Origin: an uncultured Verrucomicrobiota bacterium
Lineage (GTDB): Bacteria > Verrucomicrobiota > Verrucomicrobiia > Limisphaerales > UBA9464
Reading direction: 5' to 3'
DNA length: 64,000 nt
Assembly (NCBI GenBank): GCA_903835555.1
Contig: CAILNN010000007.1
Location: forward strand, 16,342 to 80,341
Position 1 is the stretch's first letter. Each line of letters begins with the position of its first letter. The position numbers and the translations under genes were made by a program. Under the pieces are notes generated by a model, which saw only the letters and a list, made by a program, of their open reading frames with translations, searched no databases and had not been told where the DNA came from. This document shows positions 18,272 through 28,333 of the stretch, in pieces.

Positions 18272-21200
18272 TAGGCAGCTCCTTTCTTCTCCGAAGCATG
18301 GCCAGGATGGCTCTCCTCGGTTTTCTCAAACGGATTTTCGTGACGGAACGTTTCGTAGTCGCGGAGGGAATCGGGCATGGTGCGCTTTTCCAACTTAGCG
18401 ATCTCCGGGTTGGGATTTCGAATTCGGGCAAGGTAGGTAACCCGGGGGCGAATATCGAGGAAGCCCAGAACCGAGTAGTTGCGAGGGTCTTTTTTTAATT
18501 CCGAAACCTTGCTCTTGGGATCGAGGAGGTTACCGAAATTAATGGCTTCCGCCGGGCAAACCTGTTGGCAAGCGGTCTTGAGAGCCCCATCACGCACCGC
18601 AACGTCCGAGCTGTCGCGGGCGATATTCTTTTGGGCGATCTTGGCCTGCTCAATCCGCTGGACACAGAAGGTGCATTTCTCCATGACGCCCCGCATCCGC
18701 ACGGTTACATCCGGATTCTTGACCAGTTTGATGATTTCCCATTGCGGATCGGTGTTCTTGTTTGGACCTAGCGGACCGTGATAGAGTGGTCCTTCCACAT
18801 TGAGGAAGAGGTTGCCTTCGTTTTTTCCGTAGCTGATCTCGCGCTTGTTGTAGTCGAAGAAATTGAAGCGCCGAACCTTGAAGGGACAGTTGTTGGAACA
18901 ATAGCGAGTGCCAATGCACCGGTTGTAGGCCATGACGTTGACACCTTCCTCGTCGTGGACGGTGGCATTAACCGGGCAGACGCTTTCGCAGGGAGCCGCC
19001 TCGCAATGCTGGCAGAACATCGGCTGGACAACCATCTGGGGGTCTTCAGAAACGTGTTCGCCAGTAATTTCCAAGGCTGGGTCGTGGCTGTAGTATCGGT
19101 CGAGACGAAGCCAGTGCATTTCACGGCCACGCATCACCTGGTCTTTGCCAACAATGGGAATGTTGTTTTCCGCCTGGCAGGCCATGACGCAGGCACCACA
19201 ACCGACACACGAGCCAAGGTCAATGGTCATTCCCCATTGATGAACCTCCGACTTGGTGAATGGATTCTGCTGGTACGGATGCTTATAGATGTTCTTGATC
19301 GAGCCATCTTCCCGATGCGGAACGTAGTGGGGGAGATGCTCATCAAGGTCCATGTGAGCGGCAAAATCAGCTCGCTCCTTGAACTGATCGAGATTGGCCT
19401 CGCGAATCACCGGACGCCCTTCCATCAGGCCGTGCTCCTGAACAGTGGCAACGAACGCCTTGCGAAGGATGGGTTTGAGGGTGGCACCCGTCGACCAATA
19501 CCGATTAGCCGCCGTCTGCAAGGCGTAAGCATTGAAACCACTGCCAGCTCCGACACGACCTACCACGGAACGTCCGTACCCAAGTGCCAGAGCGACGACG
19601 TTATCGGCCAAACCGGGCTGAATCCAAACGGGTCCACGGATGGTCCGGCCATTGACGGTGACTTCGATGATTTGCTGCTCGTATTGACCACTGTGGGCGG
19701 CGGCGTAGTCCGTCGATGCCCCCTGCCCTGTCAGGCCCAAGTTCTTGCCGGTCGCGGGAGAAATCATCACCACATTTTCCCAGACTATTTTAGTCACGGG
19801 ATCCGGCAGTTCCTGAAGCCAACCGTTGTTGGTGAACCGTCCATCGTCGACTTTAGAGTCGCGGTGCAAAATGACTTCGATTCCCGACGAAGTGGCGGGG
19901 GTAAAAGCTGCCCACGCTTTGAGGGCGGCTCTCGAATCAAACTTGCCGGAGACAGGTTCTGGAGCGCTATCCTTGAGAAAACCATCGTGGAGGAATTGTT
20001 TCCAAGCTTGATCGTCCCCTTTGAAGTTCGCGCGGACAATGTCGTAGGCCGACGACTTGGATTCACCCAACAAGCGGGCGAGGAATTCCAACTCGGTTAA
20101 GCCGCCGAGGAGCGGTTCAATCAAAGGCTGGACGGGTACCAACGTTCCATCACTGGTGAGGGCATCGCCCCACGATTCGAGGAAGTGAGTGGAGGAAAGG
20201 TGCCAGACATCGCCCTTGGTCTTGGCGGTGCTGGTTTCGTCCTCATAGTAGCCATACCGGATGATGTTCTTGGCTCCGGATAGGGCGGAGGCAAAGTCGA
20301 GATCAGCCGGGGCGTTGTAGACCGGATTGCCACCGAGGATGACGAGCGTATCCACACCGCTCTTGATGGCGGCAACGGCTTCCGACACTCCTCCGTGCGA
20401 AGGCGGCTGGGGCGTTGGAAGCAATTGGACCGTCTTGCCGATCGCGCCGAGTTCGGCATTGATGGCATGGGCGATCAGGTGGACGGCGAGCGGTTGTGAA
20501 TAACCGACGACCACGGCGATTGCTCCTCCGGCGGCCTTCAAGTCGTCTGCACAGGCTTTGGCCCAATCGGCACTGGCGGGAGAATCATGCGCCAAGCGTT
20601 GGCAGGCACCGGCTAGTTCGCCCTTGAGGATGAAGGAAGCAATTTGTGCGGCCACGCGAACGACGTCGCTGGGACGAACACGCAACCGGTGATCGGCCTG
20701 TCCGCCAGTGAGGCTGAACAAAGACTCGACCACATACAGCCGGTTCATGTCGTCGCCGGGCTTACGCCCGCGAGCAAATCCGCGAATGTGGTGAGCGGCA
20801 TCGGATTCAGAGCCGACAAAGTCACAATCCAGGGATAGAATTCGGCGCGCTTTCTCCAGATGGAGATGCGGAGTCACTTCGATGCCAAAGGCAAGGCTCG
20901 CCGATTCACGGTGAATATCGAAATCGACTGGCTCATAGGAAAACCATTTTGCCTTGGGGAATTTGGATACCAGCTTTTCCTGGAGAGTTGCGCGGGAGGG
21001 TGAGGTGCTGCGATCGGCGAGAATCACCAAACCGTCACCACTGTTGGCGGTAAACTTTTTGGCGGTGGCGGCGAGGGCGTCGCGGACCTTTTCCACTTTG
21101 ACGTCGTTGCCGTTCAGAGTATGCCGGGCACCGCGATCGGGATCGTAAAGATTCAGGAGGGCTGCCTGAGCGTAAAGGTCGGTGGCACCGTTGCTATCGG

Positions 21201-21591
21201 GATGCAGCGGGTTGCCTTCGATCTTGGTCGGACGCCCGTCGGAGGATTTGACAATGAGCGGAACGGCACCAGCTCGGGCCGGCATGGCGGTGGCGAAATA
21301 CTGCCAGCCTCCGTGGGTATAGTTCTCCGGCTGCTTTGCGAAGGGTAAAAGGTGTGTTTCCGGACGACGGCATCCGGCCGCCATGCCGCCGAGGCCAGCC
21401 AGCAGAAAACTGGCCGACATCAGTTTCATCCACTCGCGTCGGCTTTCACCTTCCGGAGCGATGCTCGCACCGGCAGGGAATTCGCGTTCAACCCATTGAC
21501 GGAATTCCGGACGATCCGCGAGGTGGTCCAAGGAACGCCAATACTTCGGGCCGGTTTCCGGCTCAGGACAAACAGGGGGAATCGTCTTCAT
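18271..21591 (-). CDS. actB: alternative complex III subunit ActB (molybdopterin-oxidoreductase-like plus Fe-S domains), Tat substrate
   Basis: YWRSL, Tat SRREWMK...[13 protein letters not shown]. Fe-S motifs [41 protein letters not shown]...CQQVCP. Start ATG 21591 overlaps the actA stop. Confidence 0.95.
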   Translation of the reverse strand: MKTIPPVCPEPETGPKYWRSLDHLADRPEFRQWVEREFPAGASIAPEGESRREWMKLMSASFLLAGLGGMAAGCRRPETHLLPFAKQPENYTHGGWQYFATAMPARAGAVPLIVKSSDGRPTKIEGNPLHPDSNGATDLYAQAALLNLYDPDRGARHTLNGNDVKVEKVRDALAATAKKFTANSGDGLVILADRSTSPSRATLQEKLVSKFPKAKWFSYEPVDFDIHRESASLAFGIEVTPHLHLEKARRILSLDCDFVGSESDAAHHIRGFARGRKPGDDMNRLYVVESLFSLTGGQADHRLRVRPSDVVRVAAQIASFILKGELAGACQRLAHDSPASADWAKACADDLKAAGGAIAVVVGYSQPLAVHLIAHAINAELGAIGKTVQLLPTPQPPSHGGVSEAVAAIKSGVDTLVILGGNPVYNAPADLDFASALSGAKNIIRYGYYEDETSTAKTKGDVWHLSSTHFLESWGDALTSDGTLVPVQPLIEPLLGGLTELEFLARLLGESKSSAYDIVRANFKGDDQAWKQFLHDGFLKDSAPEPVSGKFDSRAALKAWAAFTPATSSGIEVILHRDSKVDDGRFTNNGWLQELPDPVTKIVWENVVMISPATGKNLGLTGQGASTDYAAAHSGQYEQQIIEVTVNGRTIRGPVWIQPGLADNVVALALGYGRSVVGRVGAGSGFNAYALQTAANRYWSTGATLKPILRKAFVATVQEHGLMEGRPVIREANLDQFKERADFAAHMDLDEHLPHYVPHREDGSIKNIYKHPYQQNPFTKSEVHQWGMTIDLGSCVGCGACVMACQAENNIPIVGKDQVMRGREMHWLRLDRYYSHDPALEITGEHVSEDPQMVVQPMFCQHCEAAPCESVCPVNATVHDEEGVNVMAYNRCIGTRYCSNNCPFKVRRFNFFDYNKREISYGKNEGNLFLNVEGPLYHGPLGPNKNTDPQWEIIKLVKNPDVTVRMRGVMEKCTFCVQRIEQAKIAQKNIARDSSDVAVRDGALKTACQQVCPAEAINFGNLLDPKSKVSELKKDPRNYSVLGFLDIRPRVTYLARIRNPNPEIAKLEKRTMPDSLRDYETFRHENPFEKTEESHPGHASEKKGAA

Positions 21592-22223
21592 CGGTGACAG
21601 GTCGAACAGCTCTGGCCGGGTTTCACATTCCAGTCGTTCACCAGCTTTTTGCCATCGACGGCTCCAGCCCAATCCAGTTGGGTTACGAGGTCGACGGGTC
21701 GGATTTTCTCTTCCGGTGCCCGGTGACAGTCGAGGCAGAATCCCATCGACAAGGGCTTGGCATGGAAGACTTCCTCCATGTGGTTGATTTGACCATGGCA
21801 GTGAACACAGGAAATCCCGCGGTTCACATGCACAGAGTGATTGAAATAAGCAAAGTCCGGCGTGCGATGCAACTGGACCCAAGGGATCGACTTTCCAGTG
21901 GTATAGCTGTCGCGCACCAGAGCCAATTTGGGGTCTTCCTTGAGCAACAGGCTGTGGCAGTTCATGCACGTCGAACTGGCTGGGATATTGGAGAACCAGG
22001 AACGTTCAACCGCTGAATGGCAGTAGCGGCAATCGATGCCGAGTTGGTCGGCATGGATGTTGTGTGAGAAGGCCACCGGTTGTTTGGGTTGGTACCCGAC
22101 CCGCGAATACTTGGGGGTCCAGTAGTACCAGACACCCGCCGTAGCCGCCCCGCCTAGGCACGCCACCGCGACGGCCAGCTTTAATGGCAACAGGTTGGTC
22201 CACTTGGGAAAGATAGAAGGCAT
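21588..22223 (-). CDS. actA: alternative complex III pentaheme cytochrome ActA
   Basis: N-terminal TM, QPVAFSH, five CxxCH motifs (CRYCH, CMNCH, CVHCH, CLDCH, CSTCH). Confidence 0.93.
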   Translation of the reverse strand: MPSIFPKWTNLLPLKLAVAVACLGGAATAGVWYYWTPKYSRVGYQPKQPVAFSHNIHADQLGIDCRYCHSAVERSWFSNIPASSTCMNCHSLLLKEDPKLALVRDSYTTGKSIPWVQLHRTPDFAYFNHSVHVNRGISCVHCHGQINHMEEVFHAKPLSMGFCLDCHRAPEEKIRPVDLVTQLDWAGAVDGKKLVNDWNVKPGQSCSTCHR

Positions 22224-22470
22224 GACTGAGACTTGCTTGACCGGTCCACCGCAATCCTGCGCGGCGGGGTCCCGATCGTTCATGGCACTAATTCAACATC
22301 GAAATTTACTTGTTACATCCAATAAATCCTCGGTCCAACAGTCTCCTCTATCGGACGATCTCGGTTTTTTGGCAACAGCCAAACCGCCGATGGCGAAAAC
22401 TATCGGACCGGATAATTCGGCGAATAAGTCCACGCTCCCCGCCGTACGAACATCACCGTGACGCCGTAAC

Positions 22471-22490
22471 CTTGTGAAAAAAATCACAAG
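22471..22490. promoter_or_regulatory. Rex/CRP-FNR-type operator palindrome upstream of the act operon
   Basis: CTTGTGA-AAAAAA-TCACAAG. One mismatch to the Rex box TTGTGAANNNNTTCACAA; contains a perfect TGTGA-N6-TCACA. Confidence 0.65.
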
Positions 22491-22685
22491 CCTGCCATCC
22501 AGTGCAAGCGTGGAATCGATTTCTTGTGAGTGATTTTCTGTAACCCCTTGATTTGCAGGCTTGTTTTCATCCAGGGAAGTTGGTGGATTTGCTGCAATGC
22601 CGAGTCATCTTCCTGCGATGCTGTGCCGTTTGGAGGACTTTCGCTTTCCGTTCGCGGCCCCCTTCCCTATCCTCCAAATCGCATC

Positions 22686-24116
22686 ATGGCTTTGCAGTTG
22701 TTCAATTCGCTTTCCCGGCAGGTGGAAACATTTGTGCCGCTCGACCCGGAGCGGCGTTCATCCGATGGTCGACCCTATGTCGGTCTCTATTGCTGCGGAC
22801 CGACGGTTTACGACTACGGTCATATCGGCAATTTCCGAACCTTCGTTTTCTCGGACTTGGTCCGGCGCTATCTCGACTTTCGCGGATATGGGGTGCGGGC
22901 GGTGATGAACATCACCGATGTCGAGGACAAGATCATCCGTCGCGTCCAAAAAAGCGGCCAAGGCCTTCGCGAATTCACCAGCGTGTACGAAAAGGCCTTT
23001 TTGGAAGACCTCCGGACTTTGAACTGTCAACCGAGTGAAATGCCTCGGGCCACTGACCATATCGCCGACATGATCGCCTTGATTTCCAAACTGGAAGCCC
23101 GTGGACTAGCCTATCGGACACCAGACGGATCGGTGTGGTTTAGCATTGGGAATTACCAGGGATGCGGATGCCGGTATGGTGTACTCAAGGCCCTGGATTT
23201 CAGCCAGATGCGGGCGGGTGAACGGGTGGCGGCGGATGAATATGAGAAGGAATCGGCGGCTGACTTCGCCCTGTGGAAGGCCCGCGTGCCCGAGGATGGC
23301 GAGGTCAGTTGGGAAAGTCCGTGGGGTCCTGGGCGTCCGGGATGGCACATCGAATGTTCCGCAATGAGTATGGCCTTGTTGGGGCCCAGCTTCGATTTGC
23401 ACTTGGGAGGTGAGGACCTCGCCTTTCCCCATCACGAAGATGAAATCGCGCAGAGCGAAGGAAGCGCGATGCAGGGGCCGGGACGTCCCTTTGTAAAATA
23501 CTGGCTGCATGGGGCGCACCTCCTGGTCGAAGGAATGAAAATGAGCAAGTCGCTGGGTAATTTTTTCACCCTTCGGGACCTGACCGCCAAGGGATTTCAG
23601 GGACGGGAGATTCGTCAATTACTGATGAGTGCCTATTACCGTGAAACATTCAATTTCACTATGGACGGACTGGCGGGCGCACGCTCGGCATTGACGCGGA
23701 TTGACGAATGCGTTGACAAGCTGGGTGGACTGGCGGGAAACCAGAATGCTGCGGCAGACTCTACCTTGTTGAGCGCGTTCACCGAAGCCATGGACGATGA
23801 CCTCAATGTCGCACGGGCGTGGGCGGTGGTCTTCGACTGGGTGCGGGAAACCAATCGCCAATTGGCGGCGAAGGTAATGACCTCAGTCCAGGCGGCTTCG
23901 GCTTTGGCTGCGTGGACACAAATCAACTCGGTGCTGGGATTGGGGCGACGGGTGGTGGAAGAGGCTCCAGCCGACCTTTTGGCCTTGGCGCACGAACGGG
24001 TGCTGGCGAAAAAGGCAAAGGATTTCGCGAAGGCAGACCAATTGCGTCAGCAAGTCAAATCGCAGGGCTGGGTGATTGAGGATACCCCTGCCGGGCCAAG
24101 GTTGAAGAGGGGATGA
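22686..24116 (+). CDS. cysS: cysteine--tRNA ligase
   Basis: CGPTVYDYGHIGN, NITDVEDKII, DFALWK, GRPGWHIECSAM, FPHHEDE, KMSKS. Confidence 0.97.
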   Translation: MALQLFNSLSRQVETFVPLDPERRSSDGRPYVGLYCCGPTVYDYGHIGNFRTFVFSDLVRRYLDFRGYGVRAVMNITDVEDKIIRRVQKSGQGLREFTSVYEKAFLEDLRTLNCQPSEMPRATDHIADMIALISKLEARGLAYRTPDGSVWFSIGNYQGCGCRYGVLKALDFSQMRAGERVAADEYEKESAADFALWKARVPEDGEVSWESPWGPGRPGWHIECSAMSMALLGPSFDLHLGGEDLAFPHHEDEIAQSEGSAMQGPGRPFVKYWLHGAHLLVEGMKMSKSLGNFFTLRDLTAKGFQGREIRQLLMSAYYRETFNFTMDGLAGARSALTRIDECVDKLGGLAGNQNAAADSTLLSAFTEAMDDDLNVARAWAVVFDWVRETNRQLAAKVMTSVQAASALAAWTQINSVLGLGRRVVEEAPADLLALAHERVLAKKAKDFAKADQLRQQVKSQGWVIEDTPAGPRLKRG

Positions 24117-24121
24117 GGTTA

Positions 24122-24718
24122 TAATCAACGAAGCCGAAGTTCAGGCTTTATTGGTTGAGTTGGAGTCAGATCGCGTTGAAAGAACGATCTCCACCTCCAA
24201 TATGGAGAAGCTCTCAGGCTGTCTGTGCTTTTGCTAACGACTTTGCGGGCATCTCAAGCCTTGTTATCTCTTCATTGGAGTAGCGGACGACGATTCATTG
24301 ATTGGTTTGCGAGTCACGGATGAACTCCTCCAATTGCTGGGAGGACTGCATTCGGACGGAAATATCCAACCAATGCAGGAATCCTCGCGTTGCCATGCGG
24401 GAGCTGTTGCTCAACGCGGTGGTGCATCGCAGCTACCAGTCGACGGCTCCCGTCCGATTTTATTGCTTTAGCGATCGCATGATGATTGAGAATCCCGGGG
24501 GACTGTACGGTTAGGCGACGCTCGAAACGTTTCTGAATACCGTGGGCTACCGAAAGCCGATTCTGGCTGAAGCCACGCGGGTATTGGGTTTTACCAATCG
24601 ATTTGGACAAGGGATCGCACGGGTTCAAAAGGCGCTGGAAATCAATGGAAATCCACCCGCCGAGTTTCATTTTGAACTGTTCTTGTTTCGGGTGATCGTA
24701 AGGCCTCGGAGGGTTTAG
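24122..24718 (+). pseudogene. degraded AlbA_2 (Schlafen-like) / RecG-C-type ATP-binding protein
   Basis: Fragments in different frames: INEAEVQALLVELESDRVERT, AVCAFAND, and AMRELLLNAVVHRSY...IENPGGLYG*...VLGFTNRFGQGIARVQKALEINGNP with an in-frame TAG at 24512. The middle of the gene is missing. Confidence 0.75.
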
Positions 24719-25078
24719 ATTTTGGCCCGGTGGGGTGGTCCGAATACGAGGGCCTCGGTATCCAGCCTTAGTTATCCGTCGGCTCGCCAGTTTGCACCCC
24801 ACCGGCGGGATTATTTTGTCAATAAACTATTGGTATAGAGGCATTTGAACGATTAATGGAGAGGGATTCCGACGAAAAGGCGAGCTAAAACCCAGGTCCT
24901 GGAAAAGGGCAATCCGCGATTTCGCCGACCGATCCGCTACTGGCAGAGCAAACCGATGCCGCAAAAACAATTCAAGGCGGCCTCCCGAAAGGATCAACGT
25001 TGACTTACGACCGACGGCTCCGGAAGGGCGTCTTGCCATCGGTCGGGCTACTTTTGGCAGGGAAAATGCCTTATTATC

Positions 25079-25121
25079 CAATAGACATGGAATTCTATTG
25101 CAGTTCCTATGTCTCTATTGG
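25079..25121. promoter_or_regulatory. candidate operator upstream of the heme/flavin operon
   Basis: Palindrome CAATAGA-N8-TCTATTG (25079-25100) with a second TCTATTG 20 bp later (25114-25120), in AT-rich DNA. Confidence 0.4.
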
Positions 25122-25254
25122 TATTTCACAGACCATAAAAATAAGCCAGAAAACCGAGGCACCCATGGGCATGTCCCATGAACGTCGCTGTCGCGATTCA
25201 GATTTGCCATGGGTCACTGGTTTTGTTGACCGCTAGAACCGTAGGGAATTACCC

Positions 25255-26724
25255 ATGAGCATGCCAACGTCGCTGCAAAGTCCGCAGGTGAATCCCATTC
25301 TCCAACCGCTGGTGTTCCCGAAGGTGGCCCGTGATGCGACTGGAAAGCTGGTGGTAACTCCGGGAATGGGCCTAACCGTCAAGAATCGGATATTTCGATC
25401 CAGTATCTCTGGACAATTTGATCACTACAATGGGACCGGTTCGGAGGTTCGGATCCGATGGGAGGAAAAATTCGCCCGAGGTGGGGTGGGTGCAATCATA
25501 TCCTCTTTTGTACCTGTACGATTGGACGGACGGATATTGCCGCGATATGCCCTTATTCATGACGATTCAACGATTCCGTTTTGGGAAGCCCTGGTAAAAC
25601 GAGTGCATGCCTTTGGCTGTAAGTACATCATTCAACTCAGTCATGGCGGACGTCAGCGCGATGTCCCTGGGGTGGAGAACATGATGGAGGCGGGTAAATC
25701 ATCAACCAACCAGACGGACAGCTTCCACGGACTCCTGGCGCGGGCCATGACCCGGGATGAAATCCATGAGATCGTGCAATCTTTTGCTGCGGGAGCTCGC
25801 CGTGCCAAGGCTGCGGGAGCGGATGGGGTCGAGTTGCATGCCTCCCACGGGTATCTATTCACTCAGTTTTTGAGTTCAGCAATCAATGATCGCACCGATG
25901 AATACGGCGGATCCATCAACAACCGGGCGCGATTTCTCCTGGAGGTCATTCGAGCGATTCGGGCGGAAGTGGGTTGGGATTTTCATGTTCAAGCGAAAAT
26001 CAATATCCTTGATCTCAACCGTGCATTTTTCCCCCTGGAATGGAAACAGGGTAATACCGTGGAAGAGGCGCTCCAAGTTTTTGCCTGGGCGGAGGAGGAA
26101 GGATTGAATGGGCTGCATGTCTCCGCCGGGACAACCTTCCCGCATCCGCTCGTACCACCGGGCGGCTTCCCAATTGATGAGGCCAATCGCCTCTATGGAG
26201 TCATGTGCCTGAGTGGTACACACGGATATCTCAATTATACCCTGTTCCATTTCCCATGGCTGCGGTGGATTTTCCGAGCCATCTGGAATCGAACCAAGAA
26301 AGATTTCCCCATCGAGGGGGTGACGGCCGCCCTCTGCAAGTTGGTCAAAGACGAGGCGATCGCCCGGGGATCCGCTCGCGGACTAAGAGTAAGTGCGGAG
26401 GAAGCCTCCCGGGGCATTCTAGCCCACATTCCGGTCCTGAATACGGGCGGTTATCAGGATGGTGCCCTCATTCGGCGGGTGATCACCGGGGGCCATTGTG
26501 ACGGGGTAGCCATTGCCCGCCCTTTGATTGCTAACAACGACTTGGTGAACAGCTATTTTGCGCAGGGAAAGGACCTGCCGGAGAAACCGTGCACGTTCTG
26601 CAATCGTTGCCTCCTCAACGCCTTGGGGCATCCATTGGGATGCTATGACGAGAGCCGCTTTACCAATCGCGAAGAAATGATTAAGACCGCCATGAGCGTT
26701 TTTCCTGATGCCTATGAACCCTAA
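25255..26724 (+). CDS. NADH:flavin oxidoreductase (Old Yellow Enzyme family)
   Basis: VKNRIFRS, QLSHGGRQ, GADGVELHASHGYLFTQFLS, NDRTDEYGGS, ARPLIAN, C-terminal CTFCNRC...C. Confidence 0.92.
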   Translation: MSMPTSLQSPQVNPILQPLVFPKVARDATGKLVVTPGMGLTVKNRIFRSSISGQFDHYNGTGSEVRIRWEEKFARGGVGAIISSFVPVRLDGRILPRYALIHDDSTIPFWEALVKRVHAFGCKYIIQLSHGGRQRDVPGVENMMEAGKSSTNQTDSFHGLLARAMTRDEIHEIVQSFAAGARRAKAAGADGVELHASHGYLFTQFLSSAINDRTDEYGGSINNRARFLLEVIRAIRAEVGWDFHVQAKINILDLNRAFFPLEWKQGNTVEEALQVFAWAEEEGLNGLHVSAGTTFPHPLVPPGGFPIDEANRLYGVMCLSGTHGYLNYTLFHFPWLRWIFRAIWNRTKKDFPIEGVTAALCKLVKDEAIARGSARGLRVSAEEASRGILAHIPVLNTGGYQDGALIRRVITGGHCDGVAIARPLIANNDLVNSYFAQGKDLPEKPCTFCNRCLLNALGHPLGCYDESRFTNREEMIKTAMSVFPDAYEP

Positions 26725-28333
26725 TCCAGACCCGGGCTTGCCGACCACGCGAACCCGCGGAGCTGACCGGGTGTTGGTCGATGTTGTGCGGTCCACTCCG
26801 GTCGAGGTGGCGCTGCGGCGGTTGTGGAGCCGAATCGCTGTAAGCATTGTCCTTCTTCTTTTGCTGCTGATCGTGCTCGCATTGGTTCGTCGTTTTACTA
26901 TCGACCAACCCGTAACCTACAAGACTGAGGCCGAACATTTTTTATACGGCTCCATCGGCAGTGAACCTGGGGGCAGCTTGCTTAGCCCCGTCGGCGGGAT
27001 GCTTCCCCCTTTCCAAATCATGGCCGTGCTGCCAGAGATGTTCCCGGATAAACTTCCGGGCGGTTATGCTTCTCTGGGACTGATTTATGAAAATGGTCCC
27101 GACGGAAAACCACGGGACCTACCCATCGGCCTAAGCCGACGTCATCGATTGGGGATGGAAATGGTCGGGCTCAATTGCGCGGTCTGCCACGTGGGGACTT
27201 ACCGAACATCGGCGGGCACCCCGCGTCGCATTGTCCCGGGTATGCCGGCGCATCAATTGGACCTCCAAGGCCTGTTCGCCTTTGTTTTGGACGTTGTATC
27301 GGACCCCAGATTCACGGCCGACAATGTCATCGGTCATATTGAAGCCAAGTTTGGCCCGATGAATCGTTTCGACCGCTTTGTCCTCGGCACGGCTATCATT
27401 CCCCAGGTGCAACGTCAAACTCTCACGCTTCGGTCGCGCGTTGGCATTCTATTTCAGCCGACGGCGGCGGTGTGGGGTCCCGGACGCGTCGATACGTTCA
27501 ATCCCTATAAATCCCTCCAGTTTGGTTGGTCACTTGAACGGCTTCCGAAGCGGGAACTTGTTGCCGCCTCAGACTTTCCAGCACTCTGGAATCAGGCACC
27601 CCGGCAAGGGTTGAACCTGCACTGGGACGGCAACAATTCCTCGCTCGATGAACGAAACCTCAGCGCAGGCCTTGGGGCAGGAATCACCCCGGTCACGGTA
27701 GACCGCTCAGGGATTGCCCGCGTTAAGTCGTACATTCTCGACCTGCCGCCTCCGAAATGGCCGGAAAGCCCGGAAATGCCGCTGGACCATGCTGCGGCTG
27801 GTCGCGGTGCCGGCATATTCAGGTCATATTGTGCCGAATGTCATGATTTTTCCGGAAAATACATCGGTACGGTGGTTCCGTGGGAGAAAATCCGAACGGA
27901 CCGCGCCCGTTTTGATTCCTACACCCTGGAGTTTTCCGCCAACCAAAACACCCTCTTTCCCAATTCCACTAATCGCTTCAGATCGTTCAAGAAAACCGTT
28001 GGTTACGCTAACCAGCCGCTGGACGGCATTTGGGCGCGAGCACCCTATCTTCACAATGGTTCGGTGCCCAGCCTGAGGGATTTATTGGAACCGTCTTCCC
28101 ATCGTCCAAAACAGTTCTATCGAGGGTGCGATATCTATGATCCCGCACGAGTCGGATTTGTGGATCAGGTAGCGCAAGAAAACGGGCACGCCTATTTTCT
28201 TTACCGCAGCCGTTTGGAGGACGGAACCCCAGTCGACGGTAACTCAAATGAAGGACACGAAGGAGAACTATATGGAACAGAATTGTCGCTCGCGGAGAAG
28301 CATGATCTGATTGAGTATCTGAAGACGCTATGA
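26708..28333 (+). CDS. membrane-anchored di-heme cytochrome c, RoxA/MauG-like (paralog 1)
   Basis: Single TM. CAVCH and CAECH; LDGIWARAPYLHNGSVPSL; GNSNEGH; LIEYLKTL. Confidence 0.8.
   Translation: MPMNPNPDPGLPTTRTRGADRVLVDVVRSTPVEVALRRLWSRIAVSIVLLLLLLIVLALVRRFTIDQPVTYKTEAEHFLYGSIGSEPGGSLLSPVGGMLPPFQIMAVLPEMFPDKLPGGYASLGLIYENGPDGKPRDLPIGLSRRHRLGMEMVGLNCAVCHVGTYRTSAGTPRRIVPGMPAHQLDLQGLFAFVLDVVSDPRFTADNVIGHIEAKFGPMNRFDRFVLGTAIIPQVQRQTLTLRSRVGILFQPTAAVWGPGRVDTFNPYKSLQFGWSLERLPKRELVAASDFPALWNQAPRQGLNLHWDGNNSSLDERNLSAGLGAGITPVTVDRSGIARVKSYILDLPPPKWPESPEMPLDHAAAGRGAGIFRSYCAECHDFSGKYIGTVVPWEKIRTDRARFDSYTLEFSANQNTLFPNSTNRFRSFKKTVGYANQPLDGIWARAPYLHNGSVPSLRDLLEPSSHRPKQFYRGCDIYDPARVGFVDQVAQENGHAYFLYRSRLEDGTPVDGNSNEGHEGELYGTELSLAEKHDLIEYLKTL

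Noticed and set aside
16796..20100. Long plus-strand ORFs (239 aa and 440 aa) opposite actC and actB
   Set aside because: Antisense shadows of well-conserved genes, with no recognisable motifs.
21592..21969. 126 aa N-terminal extension of ActB in the ORF track
   Set aside because: Overlaps actA in another frame; ATG 21591 gives the typical YWRSL start and an ATGA coupling.
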